Shown here: piece after piece, positions 14,916 to 22,723 of the stretch
Layout: each line of letters starts with the position of its first letter
Position numbering within the stretch: position 1 is the first letter of the stretch
NCBI RefSeq assembly: GCF_000009705.1
Contig: NC_003272.1
Location: 2,610,001 to 2,642,000, forward strand
From: Nostoc sp. PCC 7120 = FACHB-418
Lineage (GTDB): Bacteria > Cyanobacteriota > Cyanobacteriia > Cyanobacteriales > Nostocaceae
Direction: 5' to 3'
DNA length: 32,000 nucleotides
Position numbers and translations under genes: made by a program
Notes under the pieces: generated by a model
Told to the model about the DNA's origin: nothing
What the model saw: only the letters and a program-made list of their open reading frames with translations
Databases searched by the model: none

Positions 14916-17477
14916 ATGAGTATGAAAATCGCTATTTTCCTGGCTGGGGCGTTAGCTCTGGTCGCTATTCAACCTGTCTGGGCAGAAAGTATCAACCAGA
15001 TGGAAGTGGAGGAACAAAAATCACTTACCGCCTCTGTTAAGAAAAGGCTGAGGACTGTTAAAGAGAAAGAATGGCTGGCGCAGGCAAATACAGCAGTTAT
15101 CCAGGTAACTGGCGTGAAAGCCAATCCTACTGACAAAGGTGTAGAGATACTTCTAGAAACTTCCCAAGGAGAAAAACTACAAATTACAAATCGTAGTGCA
15201 GGTAATAGCTATATCACTGATATTTCTAATGCACAACTACGTTTACCGAGTGGAGAATCCTTCACATTCCGCTCCGATAAACCAATTGCAGGTATTACTG
15301 AGATTACCGTCACAAATCAAGATGCTAATACTATCCGAGTCAGCATAGTTGGGGAAACCATCTTACCAACTGCCGAGTTGTTTGATAGTGATGAGGGATT
15401 AATTTTTGGTCTGACATCTGTGACAGCTTCATTACCACCCCAACAGCCAGAAACTCAGTCAGAACAGCCATCACCAGCAGCAGAAGAGCCAATTGAATTG
15501 GTGGTGACAGGGGAAAAAGATGGCTATCAAGTTCCTAATACTGCAACCGTTACACGAACGAATACGCCCATTATCGATATACCCCAGTCTATTCAAGTTG
15601 TTCCCCGTCAGGTACTCGAAGACCAACAAATTACCCGCGTTGATGATGCACTCCGCAATGTTCCTGGTGTACTTGGTAGTACCAACGCTTTTATCGGTAA
15701 TCAAATCACAATTCGTGGTTTTAGCACTTCTAACCTGCCGATTTTAAGAGATGGCTTTAGGATATACGAAAACTTCTCGTTTCAAGAAACATCAAATTTA
15801 GAGCGTATTGAAGTTTTAAAAGGCCCAGCTTCGGTGCAGTATGGTCAACTAGACCCAGGTGGGGTAATTAACCTAGTTACTAAAAAACCACTATCAGAAC
15901 CGTTTTACGAAATTCAGGCTCAATTTGGTAGTTATGGACTGATAAGACCCAGTTTTGATGTTTCCGGGCCGTTGACTGACGATGGTAAATTGCTTTATCG
16001 ACTGAACGCAACTTATCAACGGGAGGAAGGGTTTCGGGACTTTAATACAGAAACAGAAAGGTTTTTTATTGCCCCTAGCTTGACATGGAAGATTAGCGAT
16101 CGCACTAACGTAGACTTTTCCCTAGAATATCTCGATAGTACACGACCATTTGATACAAGTTTAGTAGCTTTTGGTAGGAGTGTGGCTGATGTTCCTTATA
16201 GTCGCGTTTTTAATGACCCTGATGACTTTATTGATACAAAATCTTTCAGTATCGCCTACAACTTAGAACATCGCTTCAGCGATAACTGGACTCTACGCAA
16301 TAGTTTCCGATATCTGCAACAAGATTTATTTACCCAAGCCACCCTGGCTGGTTCCCTCAATGAAACTACAGGGATTCTCACTCGCACCTATGCCCAACGC
16401 GAGTATAAATCAGATGATTACTCACTGCAAACAAATGTTGTCGGTAAGTTTACTACAGGTTCTATCAAACATACACTGCTAGCTGGCGTTGATTTTAATC
16501 GGGGTCTTCTCGATGATTTAGTCTTCAGAGGTACACGAACGACATTAAATATATTCAATCCAGTTTATGGAGTCCCTCCTAGAACAGATTTTTCCACATT
16601 ACCGCCAGCTACTCCATTTAAGAACGAAACAACTAGGCTAGGATTTTATCTGCAAGACCAAATTGCATTGAATAACCAATTTACTGTATTGGCTGGTTTA
16701 CGCTACGATACTGTTGATTTTAAAGATACTTTCACAGATGAAAGTAAATACGATAGTGCCTGGAGTCCAGTAATTGGTTTGGTTTATAAACCAGTGGAAA
16801 ATCTTTCTATTTACACCAGCTATTCCCGGTCATTTGTACCAAGTTTTTCCAGAGATGCTAACGGCGATTTTCTGCAACCGGAACGTGGCGCAGGATACGA
16901 AGTAGGTATCAAAGCAGAATTACTTCAAGGCAATCTTTTTGCGACATTAGCTTACTTCGATATTACCAAACAGAATGTATCCACAGCTGATCCTGACGTT
17001 TTGGGAGCATCCGTAGCCACTGGTGAACAGCGCAGTCGTGGTATTGAACTCAGCGCAGTTGGCACAATTGCACCAGGATGGAATATTATTGCTGGCTACG
17101 CTTACACTGATGCTGAAATTAGCAAAGATAACACTATAGCTGTGGGCAATCGCTTACCAGGAACTCCCAAACACAGTGCGAATCTTTGGACAACCTACGA
17201 AATTCAAAAGGGTAGTTTACAAGGCTTAGGTTTTGGACTTGGCGTTAATTATGTTGGTAAACGGTTCGGCAACTTTCAAAATGATTTTGAGGTGGATAGT
17301 TATTTTCTCACCAATGCTGCTCTATTTTATCGCCAAAATAACTGGCGAGTTGGACTGAATTTCAACAACATTTTTGACATTAATTATATTAGTAGTGCTG
17401 CCACATTGACCAGAACTCGCTCTATTGAACCAGGGCAACCATTTACTGTAGTTGGCTCAATTTCGTTGGAATTTTAG
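14916..17477 (+). CDS. TonB-dependent siderophore receptor with AMIN-like N-terminal extension (cassette 3)
   Basis: 853 aa. It has a signal peptide (ALVAIQPVWA), the module VTGVKANPTDKGVEILLETSQGEKLQ, a TonB-box-like EPIELVVTGE, the plug motif LERIEVLKGPASVQYG and the barrel terminus GSISLEF. Confidence 0.9.
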   Translation: MSMKIAIFLAGALALVAIQPVWAESINQMEVEEQKSLTASVKKRLRTVKEKEWLAQANTAVIQVTGVKANPTDKGVEILLETSQGEKLQITNRSAGNSYITDISNAQLRLPSGESFTFRSDKPIAGITEITVTNQDANTIRVSIVGETILPTAELFDSDEGLIFGLTSVTASLPPQQPETQSEQPSPAAEEPIELVVTGEKDGYQVPNTATVTRTNTPIIDIPQSIQVVPRQVLEDQQITRVDDALRNVPGVLGSTNAFIGNQITIRGFSTSNLPILRDGFRIYENFSFQETSNLERIEVLKGPASVQYGQLDPGGVINLVTKKPLSEPFYEIQAQFGSYGLIRPSFDVSGPLTDDGKLLYRLNATYQREEGFRDFNTETERFFIAPSLTWKISDRTNVDFSLEYLDSTRPFDTSLVAFGRSVADVPYSRVFNDPDDFIDTKSFSIAYNLEHRFSDNWTLRNSFRYLQQDLFTQATLAGSLNETTGILTRTYAQREYKSDDYSLQTNVVGKFTTGSIKHTLLAGVDFNRGLLDDLVFRGTRTTLNIFNPVYGVPPRTDFSTLPPATPFKNETTRLGFYLQDQIALNNQFTVLAGLRYDTVDFKDTFTDESKYDSAWSPVIGLVYKPVENLSIYTSYSRSFVPSFSRDANGDFLQPERGAGYEVGIKAELLQGNLFATLAYFDITKQNVSTADPDVLGASVATGEQRSRGIELSAVGTIAPGWNIIAGYAYTDAEISKDNTIAVGNRLPGTPKHSANLWTTYEIQKGSLQGLGFGLGVNYVGKRFGNFQNDFEVDSYFLTNAALFYRQNNWRVGLNFNNIFDINYISSAATLTRTRSIEPGQPFTVVGSISLEF

Positions 17478-17487
17478 GGCAGTGTTG

Positions 17488-18555
17488 ATGATGCTTAAAA
17501 GCTTGAGGGTTAACCGCATATTAAAGCTTTTGTTGCTGGCTATTTTCAGCAGTTTCATGATTATAGCCTGTGGCGATCGCCTGACTCAATATACTGTCAG
17601 CCAAAAAATCTCCCCCTCCACTGAATGCCAAGTTATTCAACATCAAGTGGGGGAAACTCAGGTATGTGGTCAACCTCAAAAAATTGTGGCACTGGGCCCG
17701 AATGTATTAGAAATTTTACTTGCTCTTGATGTACAACCAGTTGGTTTTGCAGATCATGTGCCATTACATCAAGGCAATTACGACAATCCTAGTCAGCAAA
17801 TTCCTTATTTGGGAGAGAGGGTAACTGGTGAGTTAATTAATTTAGGTCTTGCTTATACTCCTTCTATTGAGGCGTTACTCAAAATCAAACCCGACTTAAT
17901 TATCGGGAATGAATTGAATAGAAGTCAGTATGAAATGCTCTCAAAAATTGCTCCGACACTGCTATTTCCAAGATTTGATGCTCAACCTAATTTACTAGCA
18001 ATTTCTAAAATATTGGGACGCTCTGAAAAAGCCAAAAAAATATTAGCTGACAGCGATCAGCGATTAGCTATTGCTCAGAAAGCATTATCTGATATTGTGG
18101 CAAATCATCCTCAAGTATTAATGCTAGTGTCTCTTGGTCAGTCAATTTCCGAACAATTGCGTTTTCCCCGCCGTGATAGTTTCTGTGATTCTCTGGTGAC
18201 AAATTTGGGATTTAAATTGATGTCTCCTTCAAGTTTAGTTCCCGCAGATAAGAGTGTTCCACCACCACTTTCTATAGAAACATTACCCCAATTCAATAGT
18301 GCAGATTCAATCATCTTACTGGGAGCAAACTTTAGCCAGGTTCAACTCAGTGATGATAAATACTTTGAACCTCAGATGCAAAAACTCAAGCAGCAGTGGT
18401 CAGAAAATGCGATCGCTCAATCTCTGACAGCGAGTAAGGAGGGTCGAGTATATTTCATCCCGGCCTATCTCTGTCTAGGATTACCTGGGCCTATTGGTAC
18501 AGAACTTTACCTTCAGGAACTGCAAAAACAACTACTCTCCCCACAAGGAAAATGA
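17488..18555 (+). CDS. Iron-siderophore periplasmic substrate-binding lipoprotein (FecB/FhuD-like, cassette 3)
   Basis: It has a lipobox (FMIIAC) and the motifs PQKIVALGPNVLEILLALDVQPVGF and KPDLIIG. I prefer the ATG at 17488 to the TTG at 17452, which overlaps the receptor gene. Confidence 0.8.
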   Translation: MMLKSLRVNRILKLLLLAIFSSFMIIACGDRLTQYTVSQKISPSTECQVIQHQVGETQVCGQPQKIVALGPNVLEILLALDVQPVGFADHVPLHQGNYDNPSQQIPYLGERVTGELINLGLAYTPSIEALLKIKPDLIIGNELNRSQYEMLSKIAPTLLFPRFDAQPNLLAISKILGRSEKAKKILADSDQRLAIAQKALSDIVANHPQVLMLVSLGQSISEQLRFPRRDSFCDSLVTNLGFKLMSPSSLVPADKSVPPPLSIETLPQFNSADSIILLGANFSQVQLSDDKYFEPQMQKLKQQWSENAIAQSLTASKEGRVYFIPAYLCLGLPGPIGTELYLQELQKQLLSPQGK

Positions 18556-19565
18556 CAACTCAAAAACTCTTATCCGATTGTCAATTTTGCTCTGTTGTTT
18601 CCAAAAATAACGGTGAAGACCCTATTGGTACAGCGAATACCAGCGATAATTGGTTAGTTTTAGAAGCCGCACTACCCTGGACAGAAGAACACTTGCACAG
18701 CGATCGCATTCTCAGCCAGATTCACGATTTATTTCATGAATTAGAAAATCGCCACATCCCAGTTATACCAATTGCGATCGCACCTGATCGGGAATATTCT
18801 GTACCAGGATATGTCCGCGCCTTACACTACAAACGCCCTACAAAAAGCTTTGCTGAGTTTGAAAAGCAGGAATTTCTGATTCCTGAAAGCCAAATCGGTC
18901 AGTTTACGTCGGGTTTCTTAGAATACCCCAATGACCTAGATCAATTTCAAACATACCAACAGCCTAAAAATCACATCCGTGAAATCATGGTTTGTACCCA
19001 CGGAAATGTCGATGTTGCTTGTTCTCGGTTTGGCTATCCTATCTATCAAAATTTACGCCAGAACTATGCAGCAAAATCTGCTGGACAGTTAAGAGTTTGG
19101 CGATGTTCTCACATTGGCGGTCATCAATTCGCACCGACTTTGTTTGATCTACCCACAGGACAGTTTTGGGGACATATTGAACCAGAGATTTTAGATGTCT
19201 TAGTTTGGCGTAACAGTCCAGTCAAACAACTGCGTCAATTTTATCGGGGTTGGTCGGGAATGACAAAATTTGAGCAAATAGTTGAGCGCGAGATTTGGAT
19301 GCAACATGGCTGGGAATGGCTTCAATACCAAAAATCCGGTCAAGTATTAGCAAAAGATACAACTAATGATGAATGGAATGCAGATTGGGCAGAAGTTCGT
19401 ATTGATTTCACCTCTCCAGATAACAGCATCCAAGGTAGTTATTTAGCAAGAGTTGAAGCTTGCTCTCAGGTAATGACTGTTTTTAATTCTGGTAAAGAGC
19501 AACCTTTGGAAACTGTAAAACAGTATCGCGTCAGTCAATTGACTCAGCAACTCATTAATATATAG
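18552..19565 (+). CDS. Sucrase/ferredoxin-like (Suc_Fer-like) thioredoxin-fold protein with an Apd1/Aim32-type [2Fe-2S] ligand motif
   Basis: The N-terminus EDPIGTANTSDNWLVLEAALPW is typical of the family. It carries CTHGNVDVAC (C-X8-C) followed about 30 residues later by HIGGH (H-X-G-G-H). The start overlaps the SBP-3 stop (ATGA). Confidence 0.7.
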   Translation: MTTQKLLSDCQFCSVVSKNNGEDPIGTANTSDNWLVLEAALPWTEEHLHSDRILSQIHDLFHELENRHIPVIPIAIAPDREYSVPGYVRALHYKRPTKSFAEFEKQEFLIPESQIGQFTSGFLEYPNDLDQFQTYQQPKNHIREIMVCTHGNVDVACSRFGYPIYQNLRQNYAAKSAGQLRVWRCSHIGGHQFAPTLFDLPTGQFWGHIEPEILDVLVWRNSPVKQLRQFYRGWSGMTKFEQIVEREIWMQHGWEWLQYQKSGQVLAKDTTNDEWNADWAEVRIDFTSPDNSIQGSYLARVEACSQVMTVFNSGKEQPLETVKQYRVSQLTQQLINI

Positions 19566-19586
19566 CCCCAATTACCCATATTTACC

Positions 19587-20894
19587 GTGCGTATTTTCAT
19601 GATTCTCTGGTGCGGTCAGATCGTCTCTGCGATCGGTAGTGCCATGACTCGCTTTGCTCTGACTATTTGGGTTTGGCAATTAACTGGAGAGGTAACAACC
19701 ATAGCCTTATTCAGTTTCTTTTACCAACTTCCACTTATCTTTGTTTCCCTATTTGCTGGCGTTATCGTAGACCGTTATAACCGCAAGTATCTAATAATTT
19801 TGGGTGATACCAGCGCCATTTTATGTACCATCATTATTGGACTACTCTATGGCACTAACTCTTTACAAATTTGGCATCTTTACGCTTTAATTGCCATTTC
19901 CGGTTGTTTTGGACATATCCAAAATCTTGCCTATTCTGCCTCTATTCCCCTCATCGTGCCGAAACAGCATTATACTCGCGCTAGTAGTATGGCTTCCTTG
20001 ATTGAACACGCTTCAGCAATTATTGCCCCAGCCTTAGCGGGTATTCTCTATCCACTAATTGGTTTATTGGGGATTACTTTTATTGATATTGTTACCTTTA
20101 CTGTTGCCGCAGTTACGGCTTTTCTCGTATCCATCCCCCAACCGCAACAGACAGAAACTACTAACCAAGCAAGTGAAACCTTATGGCAAAAGTTAGCTTT
20201 TGGGTTTAAATACATCCTCTCACGACCTAGTTTACTGGCTATGGCGATCGCCTTTTCCTGTTTTTGGTTTGCCCACCAAATAGCAGAGACTATATTTCAG
20301 CCGATGATTCTCGCCCGTACAGGTGGTAACACCGAGATTCTAGGTGTGGTGATGACGGCGGCTGGTGTGGGTGGCGTGGTTGGCGGTTCATTTTTAAGTA
20401 TTTGGGGCGGATTTAAGCGGCGAACTCACGGAATGCTGCTTGGTTTTATTGGTACTGGTTTGAGTAAAATTGCCTTAGGCATAGGTCAAATACCCTTAAT
20501 TTTGATTGGTACTAGCTTTTGTTCTGCTTTCAACCTACCCCTATTATTTAGTTCCAATAGTGCCATCTGGTATGCCAAAGTAGAGCCAAATATCCAAGGG
20601 CGGGTTTTTGCGGCTGACCATACAATTGGCATGATTATTGGTACAATTGCCAGTTTAACTGCTGGGCCACTAGCTGACAGAGTGTTTGAACCAGCCATGA
20701 AACCAGGAGAACTTTTAGCATTTATTTTTAGCCCTGTCTTTGGGATTGGTGCTGGTAGTGGTATGGCTCTTTTATATGTAATTACCGCTATTTTTATTGT
20801 ATTAGTTGGTATAAGTGGCTATGCCTTCCCAACTCTGCGAAATGTGGAAGATATCTTACCTGACCATGATGTGGCGATTAATAAAGGTGATTAA
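19587..20894 (+). CDS. MFS transporter (MFS_3 / EntS-like topology), siderophore-associated
   Basis: It is 435 aa and hydrophobic throughout, with about 12 predicted helices. It has the loop motif VDRYNRKYLIILGD after TM2. It uses a GTG start and is the last gene of the cassette-3 operon. Confidence 0.75.
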   Translation: MRIFMILWCGQIVSAIGSAMTRFALTIWVWQLTGEVTTIALFSFFYQLPLIFVSLFAGVIVDRYNRKYLIILGDTSAILCTIIIGLLYGTNSLQIWHLYALIAISGCFGHIQNLAYSASIPLIVPKQHYTRASSMASLIEHASAIIAPALAGILYPLIGLLGITFIDIVTFTVAAVTAFLVSIPQPQQTETTNQASETLWQKLAFGFKYILSRPSLLAMAIAFSCFWFAHQIAETIFQPMILARTGGNTEILGVVMTAAGVGGVVGGSFLSIWGGFKRRTHGMLLGFIGTGLSKIALGIGQIPLILIGTSFCSAFNLPLLFSSNSAIWYAKVEPNIQGRVFAADHTIGMIIGTIASLTAGPLADRVFEPAMKPGELLAFIFSPVFGIGAGSGMALLYVITAIFIVLVGISGYAFPTLRNVEDILPDHDVAINKGD

Positions 20895-20920
20895 CAAGCT
20901 ATATCACAAGCTATATCAAA

Positions 20921-20945
20921 GGATGATGGAGCGATCGCATCATCC
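20921..20945 (+). terminator. Hairpin downstream of the MFS gene (8-bp stem GGATGATG/CATCATCC, HIP1-containing loop)
   Basis: The sequence is ggatgatg-gagcgatcg-catcatcc, 27 nt after the stop codon. There is no clear U-tract, which is common in cyanobacteria. Confidence 0.3.
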
Positions 20946-20962
20946 ATACACTTAATTAATGA

Positions 20963-21091
20963 TAGGACTTACGCATCCCGGTTATCTGTTGAGACTGGGT
21001 GTAAGGGGGTAAGGGTATAGGGGTGTCAATGTTTAAAACTCTTACACCCCTCTCCAAACCCTTGATTTTTCGTTTTCATGCGTAAGTCCTA
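20963..21091. mobile_element. 129-bp MITE with 13-bp terminal inverted repeats TAGGACTTACGCA and a 5-bp target-site duplication AATGA
   Basis: The left end taggacttacgca (20963..20975) and the right end tgcgtaagtccta (21079..21091) are perfect reverse complements. AATGA occurs at 20958..20962 and 21092..21096. Confidence 0.75.
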
Positions 21092-21202
21092 AATGATATA
21101 GATTCCTTATTGCTGATATCCTCATGATTGTTGTAAATTAACTATTAACACTTTCATAGTTAAGAATAACTCGCAATTTCTTACTAAAATTGCCGTTAAA
21201 GC

Positions 21203-22228
21203 ATGACAAATATCCTGACGGAAGAGCAAATCAATCAAATTGAACAGGAAACTTTAGAAAATTTAGAGGTATCTTATAATACTAAAGGTTTTGACCAAAT
21301 TCAGAGAGTCCGCAACAGCTTATGTGATACTTGTTGCCAAGTAGTTGAATTCCGTCCAGGATTAATTCTAGAAATTTTTGATGATTATTACTACCAGCAA
21401 GTTAGTAGTAAAGTTGATCACTATGGTGGTTACGTACTAACAGCTAAATTTTATTTATCAGGTAATCATCATGTAATTTGTCCAGGGATTCCAGGAGTTA
21501 CAGAAAATTATCAAGAAACAGTAGGGAATAATTACCTATTCTACTTACCTGATATTGAAGAAATAGAACAATATTTTGCAGGCGATCGCATCTATCTAAT
21601 TAAAATTTGTATAGACATAGATTTCTTTAAATCCTTCATCGATGGACTAGAGCATCTACCAAAACTGTTACAGCCTTTTTTAGAAAGTGACTTTCCATCG
21701 CTATTTCACCTTCCAGTCGGTAAGATTACCCTACCTATGCAGACAGCATTACAGCAAATGCTCAATGTACCCTATCAAGGGATGATACAAAAAATGTATC
21801 TTGAAGGCAAGGTATTAGAATTGCTAGCTTTGCAGTTTGCTCAACTGATAGAAACCGAGGGAGATAAACAACCCCTCATTAATCTCAAAACGGGTGATGT
21901 TGAGAAAATTTATCATGCCAAGGATATTTTAACCAAAAACTATGATCATCCTCCCTCATTAATTGACTTAGCGAAAAAAGTTGGTATTAATGACAACAAA
22001 CTAAAGTACGGTTTTCGTGAAGTATTCGGAACTACAGTATTTGGATATTTGCGTGACTATCGCCTAGACATAGCGCGAAAGTTGCTACAAGAACAAAAGC
22101 AGAATGTGAGGACTGTAGTCAACACAGTTGGTTATGCCAATCAAAGCCACTTCGCCGCCGCATTTAAGCGTAAGTTTGGTATTACTCCCCAAGATTGTCG
22201 GTTAGGTCGATTTTTAGAAAAGTGTTAG
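21203..22228 (+). CDS. AraC-family transcriptional regulator, PchR-like, orphan fourth paralogue
   Basis: The central motif is VPYQGMIQKMYLEGKVLELLALQF and the HTH pair reads LIDLAKKVGINDNKLKYGFREVFGTTVFGYLRDYRLDIARKLL...GYANQSHFAAAFKRKFGITP. No receptor gene follows it. Confidence 0.8.
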   Translation: MTNILTEEQINQIEQETLENLEVSYNTKGFDQIQRVRNSLCDTCCQVVEFRPGLILEIFDDYYYQQVSSKVDHYGGYVLTAKFYLSGNHHVICPGIPGVTENYQETVGNNYLFYLPDIEEIEQYFAGDRIYLIKICIDIDFFKSFIDGLEHLPKLLQPFLESDFPSLFHLPVGKITLPMQTALQQMLNVPYQGMIQKMYLEGKVLELLALQFAQLIETEGDKQPLINLKTGDVEKIYHAKDILTKNYDHPPSLIDLAKKVGINDNKLKYGFREVFGTTVFGYLRDYRLDIARKLLQEQKQNVRTVVNTVGYANQSHFAAAFKRKFGITPQDCRLGRFLEKC

Positions 22229-22267
22229 AGGTTGTTTGAAAAGTGGTTAAGGAAAAATCACCGAAGA

Positions 22268-22446
22268 GGCAGAGGGGAAGGGGGCAGGGAGCAGGGGGAA
22301 CAAGCCCTTCTCCTCTGCGCGGAGCGTACCACTTCGTGGAAGCAAGCTACGCGTAGCGTCTCGTAGGCCCCGCCCATAAGCGGGCGTTTTTACTGGGGCT
22401 GAGTACAAGCTCTGTCTCAGTTTTCTCCCTTGCTCCCTGCTCCCCA
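22268..22446. repeat. Nostoc-type dispersed repeat block bounded by imperfect inverted GCAGGGAGCA-rich arms
   Basis: The left arm gggggcagggagcagggggaacaag pairs with the reverse complement of the right arm, ggggagcagggagcaagggagaaaac. The interior contains gctacgcgtagcgtctcgtagg-type motifs. Confidence 0.45.
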
Positions 22447-22455
22447 TTTTCTTAA

Positions 22456-22608
22456 CGTGAGTTCGATAAATTTGGAAGAACCCCCTCTCCAAACCTCTCC
22501 CCGACGCGGGGAGAGGCTTAAAACCCTGATTATTTGGTACTCACTGATAGATTTTCAGCCCCTTCCCTTGTAGGGAAGGGGTTGGGGTTAGGTTCCGTCG
22601 AATTCACG
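22456..22608. mobile_element. 153-bp MITE-like element with 11-bp terminal inverted repeats (CGTGAGTTCGA / TCGAATTCACG) and a 9-bp target duplication TTTTCTTAA
   Basis: TTTTCTTAA occurs at 22447..22455 and 22609..22617. The terminal repeats match at 10/11 positions. The interior holds two hairpins (ctctccccgacgcggggagag and ccccttcccttgtagggaagggg). Confidence 0.65.
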
Positions 22609-22723
22609 TTTTCTTAAGTATTTCTTCGAGAGTTTCAAAATTAAATCGCATGAAAAATTCCGAATTACCACCAATCTCGACTGTATCTCTCGTCAAAGGT
22701 GATATTTACAGACACAAAGAGAC

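Noticed and set aside
15471-15747. ORFs 15471..15704 (-) and 15520..15747 (+) inside TBDT-3.
   Set aside because: They are shadow ORFs within a strongly supported receptor gene.
22247-22492. An 81-aa minus-strand ORF (MERGFFQIYRTH...).
   Set aside because: It is composed of dispersed-repeat and MITE sequence (GCAGGGAGCA, GCGTAGCGTCTCGTAGG motifs). It has an Arg/Gly/Pro-rich, repeat-derived translation.
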